The notes: generated from the sequence alone by a model not told the origin. Shown: positions 18,688 to 30,174, counted from the stretch's first letter. The stretch is DNA of 64,000 bases from an uncultured Gammaproteobacteria bacterium (GCA_942490945.1 CALNYZ010000044.1:2172-66171); one strand, 5' to 3'. A program made the numbers and translations.

Positions 18688-21042
18688 TTATCTGCCAGCT
18701 GAAGTTATTTTCTTTCGGCCGCGCTTTTTAGCGGCGGTTGTGTTGCCAACAGTGTGCGGGACCGAAGCTTTGCGTGGCGTTTTTGGTCGGGATGGTGGCG
18801 AGCGTAGCTGCTGTGCAGTCGCGTTTTTTCGCACAGTCTGTCTTGAGGTCGTCTTGCTCTTGTCACCAGCTGCAGCTGATTTGCTACCCGTCCCTGCTGG
18901 TTGCCAGGTGGGTATCAAGTGGTGTTTGCCATTACCGATGAGATCGGTGCGACCCATCTTTTTTAATGCCTCGCGTAATAACGGCCAGTTGTTCGCATCG
19001 TGATAACGCAAAAAGGCTTTATGCAGACGTCGTTGTTTGGCTCCGCGCACAATGGTGATTGTTTCGGAATCCCGCTTTACGCCTTTTAAAGGATTTTTAC
19101 CCGTATGGTACATGGCTGATGCAATCGCCAGTGGCGTTGGCAGGAATGCCTGCACCTGATCCGGGCGGAAGCTGTTCTGTTTTAACCAGACAGCCAGATT
19201 CAGCATGTCTTCGTCGGTGGTGCCGGGGTGGGCCGAAATAAAATACGGGATCAGGTACTGCTCCTTTCCGGCTTCTTTCGAATATTTTTCAAACATTTGT
19301 TTGAATTTTTCATAACTGCCGATACCCGGCTTCATCATTTTGCTAAGTGGACCCTGCTCGGTATGTTCCGGTGCGATCTTCAGATAACCACCGACATGAT
19401 GGGTAACGAGTTCTTTTACGTATTCAGGCGATCGAATCGCCAGGTCGTAGCGTAATCCGGAGGCGACAAACACTCTTTTAATACCCGGTAATTTACGCGC
19501 ACGTCGGTACAGGCTGATGAGTGGGTCGTGATTGGTATTCAGGTTGCTGCATATATCCGGATACACGCAGGACAATCGCCGACACGCCGATTCGATCTTT
19601 TCGCTTTTACAGGTAAGTTGATACATGTTTGCGGTAGGTCCACCGAGATCGGAAATGTTACCGGTAAAGCCGGGTACCGTATCACGAATGGTTTCAACCT
19701 CACGGATAATGGAATCTTCCGAGCGACTTTGTATGATGCGGCCTTCGTGTTCGGTAATGGAGCAGAATGTGCAGCCGCCAAAACAACCGCGCATGATATT
19801 AATGGAATGGCGAATCATTTCCCACGCCGGTAAGCGGGCTTGCTTGTATACCGGGTGTGGTATGCGTGTATAAGGTAATTCGTAAACCGCATCCAGTTCT
19901 TTACTGGTAAGCGGTATGGGCGGTGGGTTAATCCACACCAATCGTTGCCCATGTTGTTGCAACAGCGCGCGCGCATTACCCGGATTGGTTTCGAGGTGAA
20001 AGACACGGGAAGTATGCGCATAAAGCAGATTATCCTGCTTAACCTGCTCAAAACTCGGCAAGCGTATGACGGTCTTGTCGCGATCAAGCTTGACCTGTTT
20101 AGATTCCAGCTTAGATTCAAGTTTAGTTTCTGATTTTTGCTGAGTCACAAAGTCAGTCTTTACCGGCTGAGCTTTATTATCCTTAAATGACACTACCGTG
20201 CTTGTATTCTGACTGAGCACTGCAGCCTGTTCGGGCGTAACATTATTTTTTGCACAGTCCGCACCCGCTTGTGTGGTATCAACATACGGATTGCGAAAAT
20301 GATCGGGTACCTGCTCAACACGGCCGGGTTGGTCAATATCAGTTGAATCGATCACCGCCCAGTCTGGCGGAATGGCCTTGGCAATGAATGCCGTGCCACG
20401 AACATCGGTTATGCTGCTGATTGCTTCACCTTTCGCAAGTCGATGTGCTATATCAACAATGGCCCGTTCGGCATTGCCATAGACCAACAGGTCAGCTTTC
20501 GCATCAGGTAATATTGAACGTCGTACCTTGTCAGACCAGTAATCATAATGTGCGATGCGACGCAGACTCGCTTCGATACCACCAATAATCAGGGGAACAT
20601 CACGATAGGCTTCGCGCACGCGTTGCGCATAAATCAAAACCGAACGATCTGGCCGCTTGCCGGCTTCCCCGTCCGGTGTATAGGCATCTTCACTGCGCAG
20701 GCGTTTGTCCGAGGTATACCGATTTACCATGGAATCCATGTTGCCGGCGGTCACACCAAAAAACAGATTGGGTTTGCCGAGTACTGTCATGGCATCCGCT
20801 GATTGCCAGTCGGGCTGCGCGATAATACCTACACGAAAACCTTGTGCCTCCAGCAAGCGTCCAATGAGAGCCATGCCAAAACTCGGGTGGTCAACATAGG
20901 CATCACCCGTCACAATAATAATGTCGCAACTGTCCCAGCCGAGTTCGTCCATTTCTGCACGGCTCATGGGTAAAACCGGCGCCGTGCCAAATCGTTTGGC
21001 CCAGTATTGTCGGTAACTGAATATGTTTGTTGCGGTTTGCAT
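18688..21042 (-). CDS. ygiQ: YgiQ-family radical SAM protein (UPF0313)
   Basis: 784 aa. N-terminus [33 protein letters not shown], cluster motif [11 protein letters not shown], and a Lys/Arg-rich C-terminal tail. Confidence 0.9.
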   Translation of the reverse strand: MQTATNIFSYRQYWAKRFGTAPVLPMSRAEMDELGWDSCDIIIVTGDAYVDHPSFGMALIGRLLEAQGFRVGIIAQPDWQSADAMTVLGKPNLFFGVTAGNMDSMVNRYTSDKRLRSEDAYTPDGEAGKRPDRSVLIYAQRVREAYRDVPLIIGGIEASLRRIAHYDYWSDKVRRSILPDAKADLLVYGNAERAIVDIAHRLAKGEAISSITDVRGTAFIAKAIPPDWAVIDSTDIDQPGRVEQVPDHFRNPYVDTTQAGADCAKNNVTPEQAAVLSQNTSTVVSFKDNKAQPVKTDFVTQQKSETKLESKLESKQVKLDRDKTVIRLPSFEQVKQDNLLYAHTSRVFHLETNPGNARALLQQHGQRLVWINPPPIPLTSKELDAVYELPYTRIPHPVYKQARLPAWEMIRHSINIMRGCFGGCTFCSITEHEGRIIQSRSEDSIIREVETIRDTVPGFTGNISDLGGPTANMYQLTCKSEKIESACRRLSCVYPDICSNLNTNHDPLISLYRRARKLPGIKRVFVASGLRYDLAIRSPEYVKELVTHHVGGYLKIAPEHTEQGPLSKMMKPGIGSYEKFKQMFEKYSKEAGKEQYLIPYFISAHPGTTDEDMLNLAVWLKQNSFRPDQVQAFLPTPLAIASAMYHTGKNPLKGVKRDSETITIVRGAKQRRLHKAFLRYHDANNWPLLREALKKMGRTDLIGNGKHHLIPTWQPAGTGSKSAAAGDKSKTTSRQTVRKNATAQQLRSPPSRPKTPRKASVPHTVGNTTAAKKRGRKKITSAGR

Positions 21043-21315
21043 TATTGCTGGCTGGAAATCGTCATTGAAAATGTAATTATATCGTAAATTGAATATCAGC
21101 GGTGCACATACCCCCGGATTACCTGCAAAACAATGAGTTTAGTTTGGTTCTAACCAAGCCGGATTAACTCGTTATTCTACCCTGTTATATTTACGGGTAT
21201 TCGTAGCAGCGAAAGGTGTATAGTAGATGGCGCTTTGGAGAATTGTCTCCGTCGCACATCAACCTGTCTACACAACTACGAGCTGTCTTGCACAGGCAAT
21301 ATCAAGGAGTTATAA

Positions 21316-21723
21316 GTGGAAGGTATCAGCGACATCAAAATCATCGGCATCGACGAAAAGCGGCCACCGGTAATCAGGAAGCAACCCTATATCGATATCT
21401 ACTTCAAACTTTCGCACAAGGCGCCACTGGACTGGTGCAAGGATTTTAACAATCTGCTGGCAAAACATCCTGCCACACCAAAAATAAAGGAAACCGAAGG
21501 CCTTTTTATCGAAGCCTGGGTAAGAACACCCGATGAAATCGTCGAATTTGTCGATCAACTGAAAGAAAGCGTTGCGGAATGCACACGACAATATATTGCG
21601 CGCATTGAACTTGCCTCACGTAATATCGGTGATGAAAATAATTCTTCCGTACCCGAATCCAGTGAGCAAAATCGTCTGAACAGTATTCTGGACAGACTTG
21701 ATTTTAGCGATAGTGAATCGTAA
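21316..21723 (+). CDS. Hypothetical protein
   Basis: 135-aa ORF with a GTG start preceded by AAGGAG. No recognisable motif. Confidence 0.5.
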   Translation: MEGISDIKIIGIDEKRPPVIRKQPYIDIYFKLSHKAPLDWCKDFNNLLAKHPATPKIKETEGLFIEAWVRTPDEIVEFVDQLKESVAECTRQYIARIELASRNIGDENNSSVPESSEQNRLNSILDRLDFSDSES

Positions 21724-21788
21724 CTATCAGGTTAGATCTTAATTATCCTGCTCACTTCGCTTTACGAAAAGCTTAACCTGATAATATA

Positions 21789-22028
21789 TTAAGCATTTTT
21801 TATCATTGCAAACAACTCATCCTTAAGATGCAGGCGCTGCTTTTTTTTCTCTTCCAGATATTCATCCGAAGTTGTCTCCGCACCCGTTTCAATGCGATGT
21901 ACCTCATGATCCACATCATGATATTCCGCAAACAATCGGGCAAAATGATGGTCAGTCAATTTTAAATTATGAATTGTTTCCTTGTGCTCGGGAAACTCAT
22001 GAATCAGATCATGTTTTTCATTTAACAT
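21789..22028 (-). CDS. DUF465 (YdcH-like) protein
   Basis: 79 aa with HHFARLFAEYHDVDHEVHRIE. Confidence 0.75.
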   Translation of the reverse strand: MLNEKHDLIHEFPEHKETIHNLKLTDHHFARLFAEYHDVDHEVHRIETGAETTSDEYLEEKKKQRLHLKDELFAMIKNA

Positions 22029-22042
22029 GTATTTATCTCCAG

Positions 22043-22378
22043 TTAACTGTCCAGTTCTTCAGCGCACTTCACGCATACCGCGCTAAAGGGTAATAGCTCA
22101 AGCCGGGCTTCGGGTATGGCTGTACCACAATTCTGGCATAAAAAATATTCACCTGAATCCAGTCTTTTAAGTGCAAAATCGATCATCATCAGTTCCTTTT
22201 CTGATGCGGAACCAAGTGATTCGAGCACTTCATCGTTCTCTCGTTCAGTAGCCTGCTCAGACCAGTCAGCGGACATACCTTCGTGCCGCATGTCCTTATC
22301 AATCGCATTTATTCGTTCTGTTGCCTCATCTTTCAGAGCCAACAGTTTACGTCTGAAGTGATCGGTATTATTTTTCAT
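22043..22378 (-). CDS. TraR/DksA-family C4 zinc-finger protein
   Basis: CQNCGTAIPEARLELLPFSAVCVKC (CxxC-x17-CxxC) after a coiled-coil N-terminus. Confidence 0.8.
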   Translation of the reverse strand: MKNNTDHFRRKLLALKDEATERINAIDKDMRHEGMSADWSEQATERENDEVLESLGSASEKELMMIDFALKRLDSGEYFLCQNCGTAIPEARLELLPFSAVCVKCAEELDS

Positions 22379-22659
22379 ATTACGCCTGTTTTGCTGTCAG
22401 CCAATAAATAGGCTTGCAAGTCTTATCTTACTGGACGCAATCAGACAAAAAGATGATCTGAATCAATTGAAGGTGCCGGAAGTATGAATTTTGACATTGA
22501 TTGAGTTTTCAACCAGGTCTGCTTGAATGTCGAAATTATAGCCTTGTTGCAATCAACTACCACGGTCAGAAGTTGGTAGTAATTATAACCAGAAATATTA
22601 CCAATTTTATGACCACAGATGCTCTGTCAAACACATATAATACATATTGCTGTTGCTGG

Positions 22660-23517
22660 CTAGTTAAAATAACCACTCAATTTATTTCGATATTTTTCAG
22701 GCAACAAGTCTACAGATTGCTTGGCAACTGAGCTCGACTTTATAGTATTAGAGACAACAAGCGCAACGGCTGCTTTGGCAACATTGGTTCCGACATCTTT
22801 GCCGCCTGCTCTGGTGATGTCAATAAGCTTTGCAATACCATCACGTTCCGTATCAGACAAATCCGGATCGGATTTTATTTTTTCGAGTTTTGCGATCGCT
22901 TTGCCTTGCGCACCATTATAGGATTCCTGACTTGCCGTGGCCAAATCGACTATCCAGTCTTTTTTAGTCGCTGCACCGATATAGGTTAATTCTGATAATG
23001 CATAGGTAATATTGCCTTCATAAATTGCCAGCGAACTGCCAGCGACATGGATCAATACCAACAGATTGGTGTAGCGATTGCTGAAGTTATTTGCATCGCG
23101 CAACCTCTGTGCTTCTACACTTTTATCTCGCGCCAGAAAATGCAAGCCTTCTTCATGCAAGGCCAGTGACTGCAGCGTCAGTGCGATGTAACGGTTATGT
23201 GGATCACTTGATTGTTCAAGTGCATATTCTGCTTCGGCAAGCGACAGTTCTGGATAGATCATGACAGCCCACAGCAGACTCATCGTCAGGTGCACATGCG
23301 CTGCAGCTGACTCCTGCTTGTTTTCATTGGCCAGTTTTCTGTCATACTCTTTGACTACCGGTTTCAGCGCGGCGATGGATATCTTTTGATAGGCTTTATA
23401 TACCGTGCCCTTTCTTATGTCGTGATACATATCAGCCTCAGACTTGGGTGAAGTCGAACAGGCTGCAAGCTGCATTACAACAATACTTATCAGGAATAAT
23501 TTTAGTATACCAGTCAT
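22660..23517 (-). CDS. Lipoprotein, helical-repeat-like; function unknown
   Basis: Start chosen at MTGILKLFLISIVVMQLAAC (lipobox LAAC), 4 nt after the stop of the App1-like gene. Confidence 0.6.
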   Translation of the reverse strand: MTGILKLFLISIVVMQLAACSTSPKSEADMYHDIRKGTVYKAYQKISIAALKPVVKEYDRKLANENKQESAAAHVHLTMSLLWAVMIYPELSLAEAEYALEQSSDPHNRYIALTLQSLALHEEGLHFLARDKSVEAQRLRDANNFSNRYTNLLVLIHVAGSSLAIYEGNITYALSELTYIGAATKKDWIVDLATASQESYNGAQGKAIAKLEKIKSDPDLSDTERDGIAKLIDITRAGGKDVGTNVAKAAVALVVSNTIKSSSVAKQSVDLLPEKYRNKLSGYFN

Positions 23518-23521
23518 TTTG

Positions 23522-24742
23522 TTATCTCTTAACATTATCAGAATTATCATGTGCGAGTAATTGGGGGTTTTTAATCTGCCTGTTTAACGACAATTTAATT
23601 TCGTTTGCATCGATAAAAGCTTGCCATTTATTATCAGGTAAGCCGGAAAATATTTTCGCCAGAGCACTGCTATCGTGACGAATATCACGAATATAAATTT
23701 TTATTATTCTGTCCGGATATTGTCGTGCAATTTGTGCATAAATAGCCGGATCTTTTTCACCCGAATCACCTACCAGAATAAATTTACGCTGCGGATAGTC
23801 TTTCAGCAACTTTGTGATAGTCGGTATTTTACCTTCTTCCGGCGTTGCAAAAAGATTAAACAGGCTCTCATCCTTAAACCGCACAAGCTTTAAATGCATG
23901 CTGCCCTGTGGAAAGCTGCTCGATTGCATAAACGAGCTGAGTGCCGGATAGAGCTGCCAGGGTGACGATGAGACATAGTGAAACATCACACCCTGTTTTT
24001 TCCATACCTGATAAGTATCAGCCATGCCCGGAACGGCAGTGAACTCCTTTGTGAATGTATTTTTCATAAGTTGTTGCTTATCCAGTACATTCGAAATTTT
24101 GATCGTATCATCAATATCAGAAATGACAGAAGTACCTTGCGACGTGACACACTGCAGCGAACCTTTGATATCACGTTTATCTTCAACCGGAGTCTCAACC
24201 TGAATGGGTAACCAGCCGTTACAGGCGGCCGGGCCGGCAGCAAGATTTATTGTCGTGTTAAAATGTCCATTCTCGCCCGTTGTGGGCGCAACAATATGTT
24301 GCTGATGTGCATTGAGTACGATGTGTTTGTCCGGTTTATTATCAACCAGAAACATACGTACACGGTTTTCAAATAACTGTTCTTCGTGTGAATTCTTTTT
24401 AACACCGATTAACTTCGCAAACGACGTGATCAAACCATTACGCCAGATTGAATCTTTTTCCGGTTCAAATACCCAGCCATGAATATCCAGCTGCCAGCTG
24501 TTCTTGGTGTTATCAAAACGGGCATTGGTTGGAAATAACAGTACGGTCTCATTCTGTTCAAGATTGGATTGGGTTGCAGTGTTGTTTATTGATTGATCGG
24601 CTACGGAATTTTTACTGCAACCAGTAATTAAAATTAACAGTGCCAACATCAATGGTAATGGCGTCGAATTGGAACCCGCATTACTGAGCCACCTTGTCGA
24701 ATATCCTTTCATTGGATTTGATTCCTTTATTATATTCATCAA
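23522..24742 (-). CDS. App1-family (DUF2183) phosphatidate-phosphatase-like protein, predicted lipoprotein
   Basis: Lipobox LILITGC. HAD-like catalytic motif ISDIDDTIK and downstream GDSGEKDPAIY. Confidence 0.7.
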   Translation of the reverse strand: MMNIIKESNPMKGYSTRWLSNAGSNSTPLPLMLALLILITGCSKNSVADQSINNTATQSNLEQNETVLLFPTNARFDNTKNSWQLDIHGWVFEPEKDSIWRNGLITSFAKLIGVKKNSHEEQLFENRVRMFLVDNKPDKHIVLNAHQQHIVAPTTGENGHFNTTINLAAGPAACNGWLPIQVETPVEDKRDIKGSLQCVTSQGTSVISDIDDTIKISNVLDKQQLMKNTFTKEFTAVPGMADTYQVWKKQGVMFHYVSSSPWQLYPALSSFMQSSSFPQGSMHLKLVRFKDESLFNLFATPEEGKIPTITKLLKDYPQRKFILVGDSGEKDPAIYAQIARQYPDRIIKIYIRDIRHDSSALAKIFSGLPDNKWQAFIDANEIKLSLNRQIKNPQLLAHDNSDNVKR

Positions 24743-24909
24743 TACAGTCCACCTTATATTATCAAAATATTGTCAAATAAAGCGCCTGTTTTTTAGTGTG
24801 TCCACAAGAAATTTCGCCTGTACATCAAGACTTGCTATATAATGATTTTCTACTATTAAAATACACAATCCGGTACGTACTGGCATTAACCTGGCGACAA
24901 ATAACAACC

Positions 24910-26790
24910 ATGCTGAATTTTAATAATCTTTCGCTGCGTCGCGGCACACGTGAATTACTACATAATGTTAATTGCACAGTTCATCAGGGCCAGAAAGTCG
25001 GCATCACCGGTGCCAACGGTAGTGGCAAATCCAGTCTGTTCGCACTTATCCGCAATGAACTGCAAGCGGATAGCGGAGATTTTTCCTTACCTCCCAAAAC
25101 AATTATCGCCAATGTTGCTCAGGAAATTGCAGCCGTTGACTCTGCCGCCATAGAGTTTGTTATGGATGGTGACATTGAAATGCGCGCACTGGAAAAGCAG
25201 ATTAGCGATGCTGAAAAATTAAATGATGGTGAGCGACTTGCACATCTTTATATGCATATGGAAAGCATCGATGGTTATCGTGCGCGAAGTCGTGCATCCA
25301 TCCTGATGCATGGTTTGGGATTCACCACCGCACAGGAAAATAACAGCGTGCGCAGTTTTTCCGGTGGCTGGCGTATGCGCCTGAACCTTGCGCAGGCACT
25401 GATGTGCAGATCGGATTTGTTATTGCTTGATGAACCCACCAACCATCTGGATCTTGAAGCCGTTATCTGGTTGGAAGACTGGCTGCGTAGTTATAGCGGT
25501 ACGCTGTTACTCATATCCCATGACCGTGATTTCCTCGACAAAATCACCACTCACATCGCGCATATCGAGCAGAGCACCTTGACACTCTATACCGGTAATT
25601 ATTCTGCATTTGAAATCAGACGTGCAGAGAAACTGGCTAATCAGCAGTCTGCCTATGAAAAACAACAACGTGAAATTGCCCACATGCAATCCTTCGTTAC
25701 GCGCTTTAAAGCCAAGGCAACCAAGGCGCGTCAGGCGCAGAGCCGTGTAAAGGCGCTGGAAAAAATGGAATTGATTGCACAGGCACACGTCGATTCACCG
25801 TTTGATTTTGCCTTCAAAGAACCAAAGAAAATACCGGACATGTTGGTAACACTGGAACACGCGAACGTAGGATATAACGCTACACCACTACTTGAGAATA
25901 TTGACTTGTTAATCAGCGCGGGAGATAGAATCGGGCTGCTCGGTCATAATGGCGCGGGTAAATCTACACTTATAAAATTACTCGCCGGTGAATTGACATT
26001 ACTGCATGGTGATCGCGTTGATGCGAAAGATTTAAATATTGGCTATTTTGCGCAACACCAGCTGGAGCAACTTGATAGTCAGGCAAGTCCATTATTACAT
26101 TTACAACGTATCGACCCGCGCGCATCAGAACAAGTGTTACGTAATTTTCTTGGTGGTTTTGCTTTTGTCGGTGATTTTGCGACCTCACCCGTAGCGCCCA
26201 TGTCGGGCGGTGAAAAAGCACGACTTGTTCTGGCGTTACTTGTCTACCAACGACCCAACCTGTTATTACTCGACGAACCAACCAATCATCTTGACCTGGA
26301 GATGCGTCATGCACTGAGTGTCGCATTACAGGATTATGTCGGCGCGATGGTTATTGTCTCGCATGACCGCCATTTACTGCGTACAGTGACTGATACCCTG
26401 TTACTGGTAGATTCAGGCTCGGTACAACCCTTCGAGGGTGATCTGGAAGATTACAGGCAATGGGTAAAGGAATCGCTGCAAGAAAATAACAAACCAGCTC
26501 CCAGCCCGTCTGCCACGACGACCAATAAAAAGCAGCAGCGTCAGGAAGCGGCAGAAGCGCGAAAACAACTGCAACCATTACGCAATAAATTAAAAACACT
26601 CGAAAAGCAGCTTGATAAACTCAACACTGAACGGGAAGCTATTGAGGAAAAACTGACAGACAACACGCTGTACGATGACAACAACAAGATGAAACTGAAA
26701 GATCTTCTCGCTCAACAAACCAAAGTCATGAAGTCACTCGCAGCGGCGGAAGAAGAATGGTTGGTTAAATGTGAAGAACTGGAAAATTAA
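24910..26790 (+). CDS. yheS: ABC-F family ATPase, YheS orthologue
   Basis: Start moved to MLNFNNLSLRRG. There are two ABC cassettes (GANGSGKS/LLLDEPTNHLD and GHNGAGKS/LLLDEPTNHLD) and a C-terminal coiled coil. Collinear with E. coli YheS as I recall it. Confidence 0.9.
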   Translation: MLNFNNLSLRRGTRELLHNVNCTVHQGQKVGITGANGSGKSSLFALIRNELQADSGDFSLPPKTIIANVAQEIAAVDSAAIEFVMDGDIEMRALEKQISDAEKLNDGERLAHLYMHMESIDGYRARSRASILMHGLGFTTAQENNSVRSFSGGWRMRLNLAQALMCRSDLLLLDEPTNHLDLEAVIWLEDWLRSYSGTLLLISHDRDFLDKITTHIAHIEQSTLTLYTGNYSAFEIRRAEKLANQQSAYEKQQREIAHMQSFVTRFKAKATKARQAQSRVKALEKMELIAQAHVDSPFDFAFKEPKKIPDMLVTLEHANVGYNATPLLENIDLLISAGDRIGLLGHNGAGKSTLIKLLAGELTLLHGDRVDAKDLNIGYFAQHQLEQLDSQASPLLHLQRIDPRASEQVLRNFLGGFAFVGDFATSPVAPMSGGEKARLVLALLVYQRPNLLLLDEPTNHLDLEMRHALSVALQDYVGAMVIVSHDRHLLRTVTDTLLLVDSGSVQPFEGDLEDYRQWVKESLQENNKPAPSPSATTTNKKQQRQEAAEARKQLQPLRNKLKTLEKQLDKLNTEREAIEEKLTDNTLYDDNNKMKLKDLLAQQTKVMKSLAAAEEEWLVKCEELEN

Positions 26791-26904
26791 CAATAGATTG
26801 GTAAATCTTTATCACGCAAAAAATATGCACCCTTTAATTTGCAAGATAATGTCGATAAATAATTAATGAAATGTGCTTACCAAACTCTGTCTATTCCCTG
26901 CAAA

Positions 26905-27144
26905 TTATTCACCTGCATTAAGCATCGTAAAAAGAAATTGCGCATGCTCTGCTGCTGTACGACCAAGTGATGTCATATAACCGCCATCAACCTGTGTAAT
27001 AAAACCCTTGTCATATAAACGTTGTGCAGCAGAAATTGCAGATGGGTCTGCGTTTTTATGAATTTTGATTCCTTCCTGGCTCGTTGAAAGGTCATATAAC
27101 ATGAGTATATCGATCTCTGCCAGATTCTCGGCTGTATAAGACAT
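26905..27144 (-). CDS. Small conserved-looking hypothetical protein
   Basis: 79-aa ORF, ...KGFITQVDGGYMTSLGRTAAEHA. Family not securely recognised. Confidence 0.5.
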   Translation of the reverse strand: MSYTAENLAEIDILMLYDLSTSQEGIKIHKNADPSAISAAQRLYDKGFITQVDGGYMTSLGRTAAEHAQFLFTMLNAGE

Positions 27145-27363
27145 TTTAACTCCACTTTATTATTATGCTTCAGGCAGGATATAGAAAAATTACATGTAGC
27201 GAAAGAGGCAGGAGGAAAAAGAAACACCAATAGTAACAACTATTGCGTGCTTATCTTGATGAACTGGCTATTACTTATATACTGACAATCAACACAGTTA
27301 CTGTTAAAACTTATCTGTATTTATTTGAATCGAAACAGTTCCCATCGTATGTGCCATGTTTTT

Positions 27364-27570
27364 CTAGTCATCCGGAAATTCCTCGAATACCATCATGACC
27401 TGATCAAGGCCGCTGTCGAGTATAGCCTCGGGCGGAACTTGCAGCACAGAAATAATAACCGCCATCATTGCAGTATAAGCAAATAGCCCACTCATCATGA
27501 CGACAAACAGATCATTCTGCATTAAACCCTGTGCCAGCTGTTTCATCTTCAAACTACCTCGTAAATTCAA
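27364..27570 (-). CDS. Possible small single-TM protein
   Basis: 68-aa ORF with one hydrophobic segment. No supporting motif. Confidence 0.25.
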   Translation of the reverse strand: MNLRGSLKMKQLAQGLMQNDLFVVMMSGLFAYTAMMAVIISVLQVPPEAILDSGLDQVMMVFEEFPDD

Positions 27571-27834
27571 GCTCAGTAGTTTTGAAAATGCAGTTTGTGT
27601 GCCATTTTTAAAATGGCCTGACTATTGGCAAAAAATGAATATTCAGGCAAATATTGCACAGATGTGGTGCAAGAAGATATCTAGTACATGAGCCGCGGGA
27701 TTATTTTAGTGCGATTGAGTTTAATGCTTTAAAAACACTGCCATCGACAAGTGTAAGAAAACATCTTGTATTTATTACCCTGACTGGATCAGTTCCAGCA
27801 TCATTCAGTTAGTGGTTGCTCGCAAGAACCCGGT

Positions 27835-28347
27835 TTATTCAGCGCCAAATTCCAGTTCTTCTCTGACTGCATCAATGCCACTATTCGCACAGGCATGATC
27901 GACATCACCGGGTATTTTGTCGCGTGGGGCACCCGAGACACCAACCGCACCATACATATATCCTGCCAGTTTAACGGCTATGCCACCACCGACCAATGAC
28001 AGCTTTGGCGTACCATTTAAAAACTGTATCTGGTTTGCCAGGTCAATTGTTGCACCCTGGAACGTGGCTGCGGTATAGGCCTTATGTTGCGCAATCGTAA
28101 TGGTATGTGCACCAGCCAGTGGATCACGCGCAAAAGCGAGTAAATTGCCATAGCGATCAACAACGGCCACAGAAACCTGATAGCCCTTTTTCTTGCACTC
28201 CGCTTCGGCAACCCTGGCAATCTTTAATGCAACGGGCGCAGTCAGAAAACGGGCGCTGATATAGGGCGATTCCTTTGCAAGGATTACACCCGAGCAACTC
28301 ATCATAAATATCACACTGAATATATATTGAATTTTCCTGCTGTTCAT
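27835..28347 (-). CDS. GlcG/HbpS-like (DUF336) heme-binding protein, exported
   Basis: Start chosen at MNSRKIQ, preceded by GGGAGA. Signal peptide present. Core SVAVVDRYGNLLAF...AHTITIAQHKAYTAATF...GGGIAV. Confidence 0.8.
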   Translation of the reverse strand: MNSRKIQYIFSVIFMMSCSGVILAKESPYISARFLTAPVALKIARVAEAECKKKGYQVSVAVVDRYGNLLAFARDPLAGAHTITIAQHKAYTAATFQGATIDLANQIQFLNGTPKLSLVGGGIAVKLAGYMYGAVGVSGAPRDKIPGDVDHACANSGIDAVREELEFGAE

Positions 28348-28554
28348 TTGAACTCTCCCGGTTACTACCATGAAATTATTGTCCAGTTTCGCCTAAATCA
28401 GTACATTGAATATATTTACTACCAATATAGTAAACTATGCAGCAATATTTTTTGTATTTCCACAAAACTGCACGCTTTTTTAACTAATTTGTATCCAAAC
28501 TGCATGTCAATTCTGCTATGTTAAATGCTGATATTTTTAATCGGTAACATCTGA

Positions 28555-30141
28555 ATGGTAACTGCAACAATCTGGTTAAGTCTTGCTTTCGCTCTCGGTC
28601 TCCTCATGCGCCTGATAGGTCTACCGCCCTTGGTAGGATATTTGGCTGCCGGATTCGGTTTAAGTGCATTTGGTTATGAAACAAATCCAATACTGAAAGA
28701 GGTAGCTCATGCCGGTGTTTTGATATTGCTATTCACAGTTGGACTTAAGTTACGTTGGCAGTCCCTGTTCCGTGCCGAAATACTGGCCGGCTCGCTGATT
28801 CATATGTTTCTTTCGGTCGCACTGGTGTATGTACTTATGCTTGCCATTCCGGACTTGAACAAGGGTGTTGCCCTGATGATTGCCATTGCATTATCTTTTT
28901 CAAGTACGGTAGTCGCCGCAAAAGTACTGGAAAGTAAACGCGAATTGAGCGCTTTTCATGGCCGTGTCGCGATCGGCATTCTTATCATGCAGGATCTGGT
29001 TGCCGTTGCCATACTCAGCTCTGGTAATGGTACTGCTCCCTCTCCCTGGGCAATATTATTATTGGGATTGTTAATCCTCCGCCCGTTAATTCACTGGTTA
29101 TTGGACATCAGCGGGCGTGGCGAACTTGTCGTTCTTTACGGCCTGTTACTCGCACTGGTTGTCGGTGGATCCAGTTTTGGCTATTTTGGTTTAAGCTCTG
29201 AACTTGGTGCACTGTTGCTTGGTGTAATGCTGGCAAATCATAAACGCGCGTCCGAACTCTCGAGTGCCCTGTGGGGCCTTAAAGAAATCATGCTGGTAGG
29301 TTTCTTTTTACAAATTGGCCTGATGGGCCATCCTACGCTCACAACAATTGAAAACGCGCTGTTACTTAATCTGTTATTACCCGTGAAGGCGCTATTTTTC
29401 TTTTTCATTCTGCTTATGTTTAAATTACGGGCACGTAGCTCGTTTCTTGCCAGTCTCAGTCTTGCGACGTTTAGTGAGTTTGGATTGATTGTCGCCAACA
29501 TGGGCGTACGAAATGGCTGGATAGGCAATGACTGGATGGTGTTACTCGCTGTCACCGTTGCGATTTCTTTTGCCATCACTGCACCGCTAAACCGCTATGC
29601 TCACGAGATTTATACGCGACTTGAACAGTTTTTATTGCGATTTGAATCAACCAAACGTCACCCCGACGATGAACCTATTAATATTGGTAACTCACATATA
29701 CTTATTTTAGGTATGGGTCGTGTCGGTATGGGTGCCTATGACTTGTTGTCACAGCAGAATCTGCGCGTCATTGGACTTGATTCTGACCCGATAAAAGTTG
29801 AAAAACATCGTAAACTAGGTCGTCGGGCACTCTATGCCGATGCAGAAGATCCCGGACTGTGGGCCAACATCAACCTGGAAGGTGTTCATACAATCATGCT
29901 GGCCATCCCGGAAACGTCGGCAAAAATTATGGCCACGCGCCAACTACGTAGCATGGGTTTCAATGGAAAAATTACCACAACCGTCGTATTTAATGAAGAA
30001 ATTGATCAATTAAAAGCTGCCGGTGCGGATTATATTTATAATTACTACGACGGCGTTGGTGCCAGCTTCGCGCAAAATGCGCTGGAACAAATTGGTGATT
30101 TAGCCGGGAACGAAGACATGCATAAAAATACGAATACGTAG
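28555..30141 (+). CDS. CPA2 cation:proton antiporter with a C-terminal TrkA-N/RCK domain (Kef/YbaL-like)
   Basis: About 370-aa polytopic domain, then a Rossmann motif ILILGMGRVGMG...GLDSD. Confidence 0.85.
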   Translation: MVTATIWLSLAFALGLLMRLIGLPPLVGYLAAGFGLSAFGYETNPILKEVAHAGVLILLFTVGLKLRWQSLFRAEILAGSLIHMFLSVALVYVLMLAIPDLNKGVALMIAIALSFSSTVVAAKVLESKRELSAFHGRVAIGILIMQDLVAVAILSSGNGTAPSPWAILLLGLLILRPLIHWLLDISGRGELVVLYGLLLALVVGGSSFGYFGLSSELGALLLGVMLANHKRASELSSALWGLKEIMLVGFFLQIGLMGHPTLTTIENALLLNLLLPVKALFFFFILLMFKLRARSSFLASLSLATFSEFGLIVANMGVRNGWIGNDWMVLLAVTVAISFAITAPLNRYAHEIYTRLEQFLLRFESTKRHPDDEPINIGNSHILILGMGRVGMGAYDLLSQQNLRVIGLDSDPIKVEKHRKLGRRALYADAEDPGLWANINLEGVHTIMLAIPETSAKIMATRQLRSMGFNGKITTTVVFNEEIDQLKAAGADYIYNYYDGVGASFAQNALEQIGDLAGNEDMHKNTNT

Positions 30142-30174
30142 AAATTAATCAACAAAATCTTTATTGTAATATCG

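Noticed and set aside
20098-20130. Short tandem DNA repeat (ttagattccagc/ttagattcaagt) inside ygiQ, encoding KLESKLESK
   Set aside because: It lies in the variable linker of YgiQ and the reading frame is intact. I treat it as ordinary low-complexity linker variation, not a regulatory or mobile repeat.
22556-22580. 7-bp hairpin ACTACCA-N11-TGGTAGT downstream of the 22660..23517 lipoprotein gene, considered as a terminator
   Set aside because: Weak stem, large loop and no U-tract in the minus-strand sense. Not convincing.
24796-24909. 38-codon N-terminal extension of the yheS ORF
   Set aside because: The extension (MCPQEISPVHQDLLYNDF...) has no counterpart in ABC-F proteins. MLNFNNLSLRRG aligns with the YheS N-terminus, so the start was moved to 24910.
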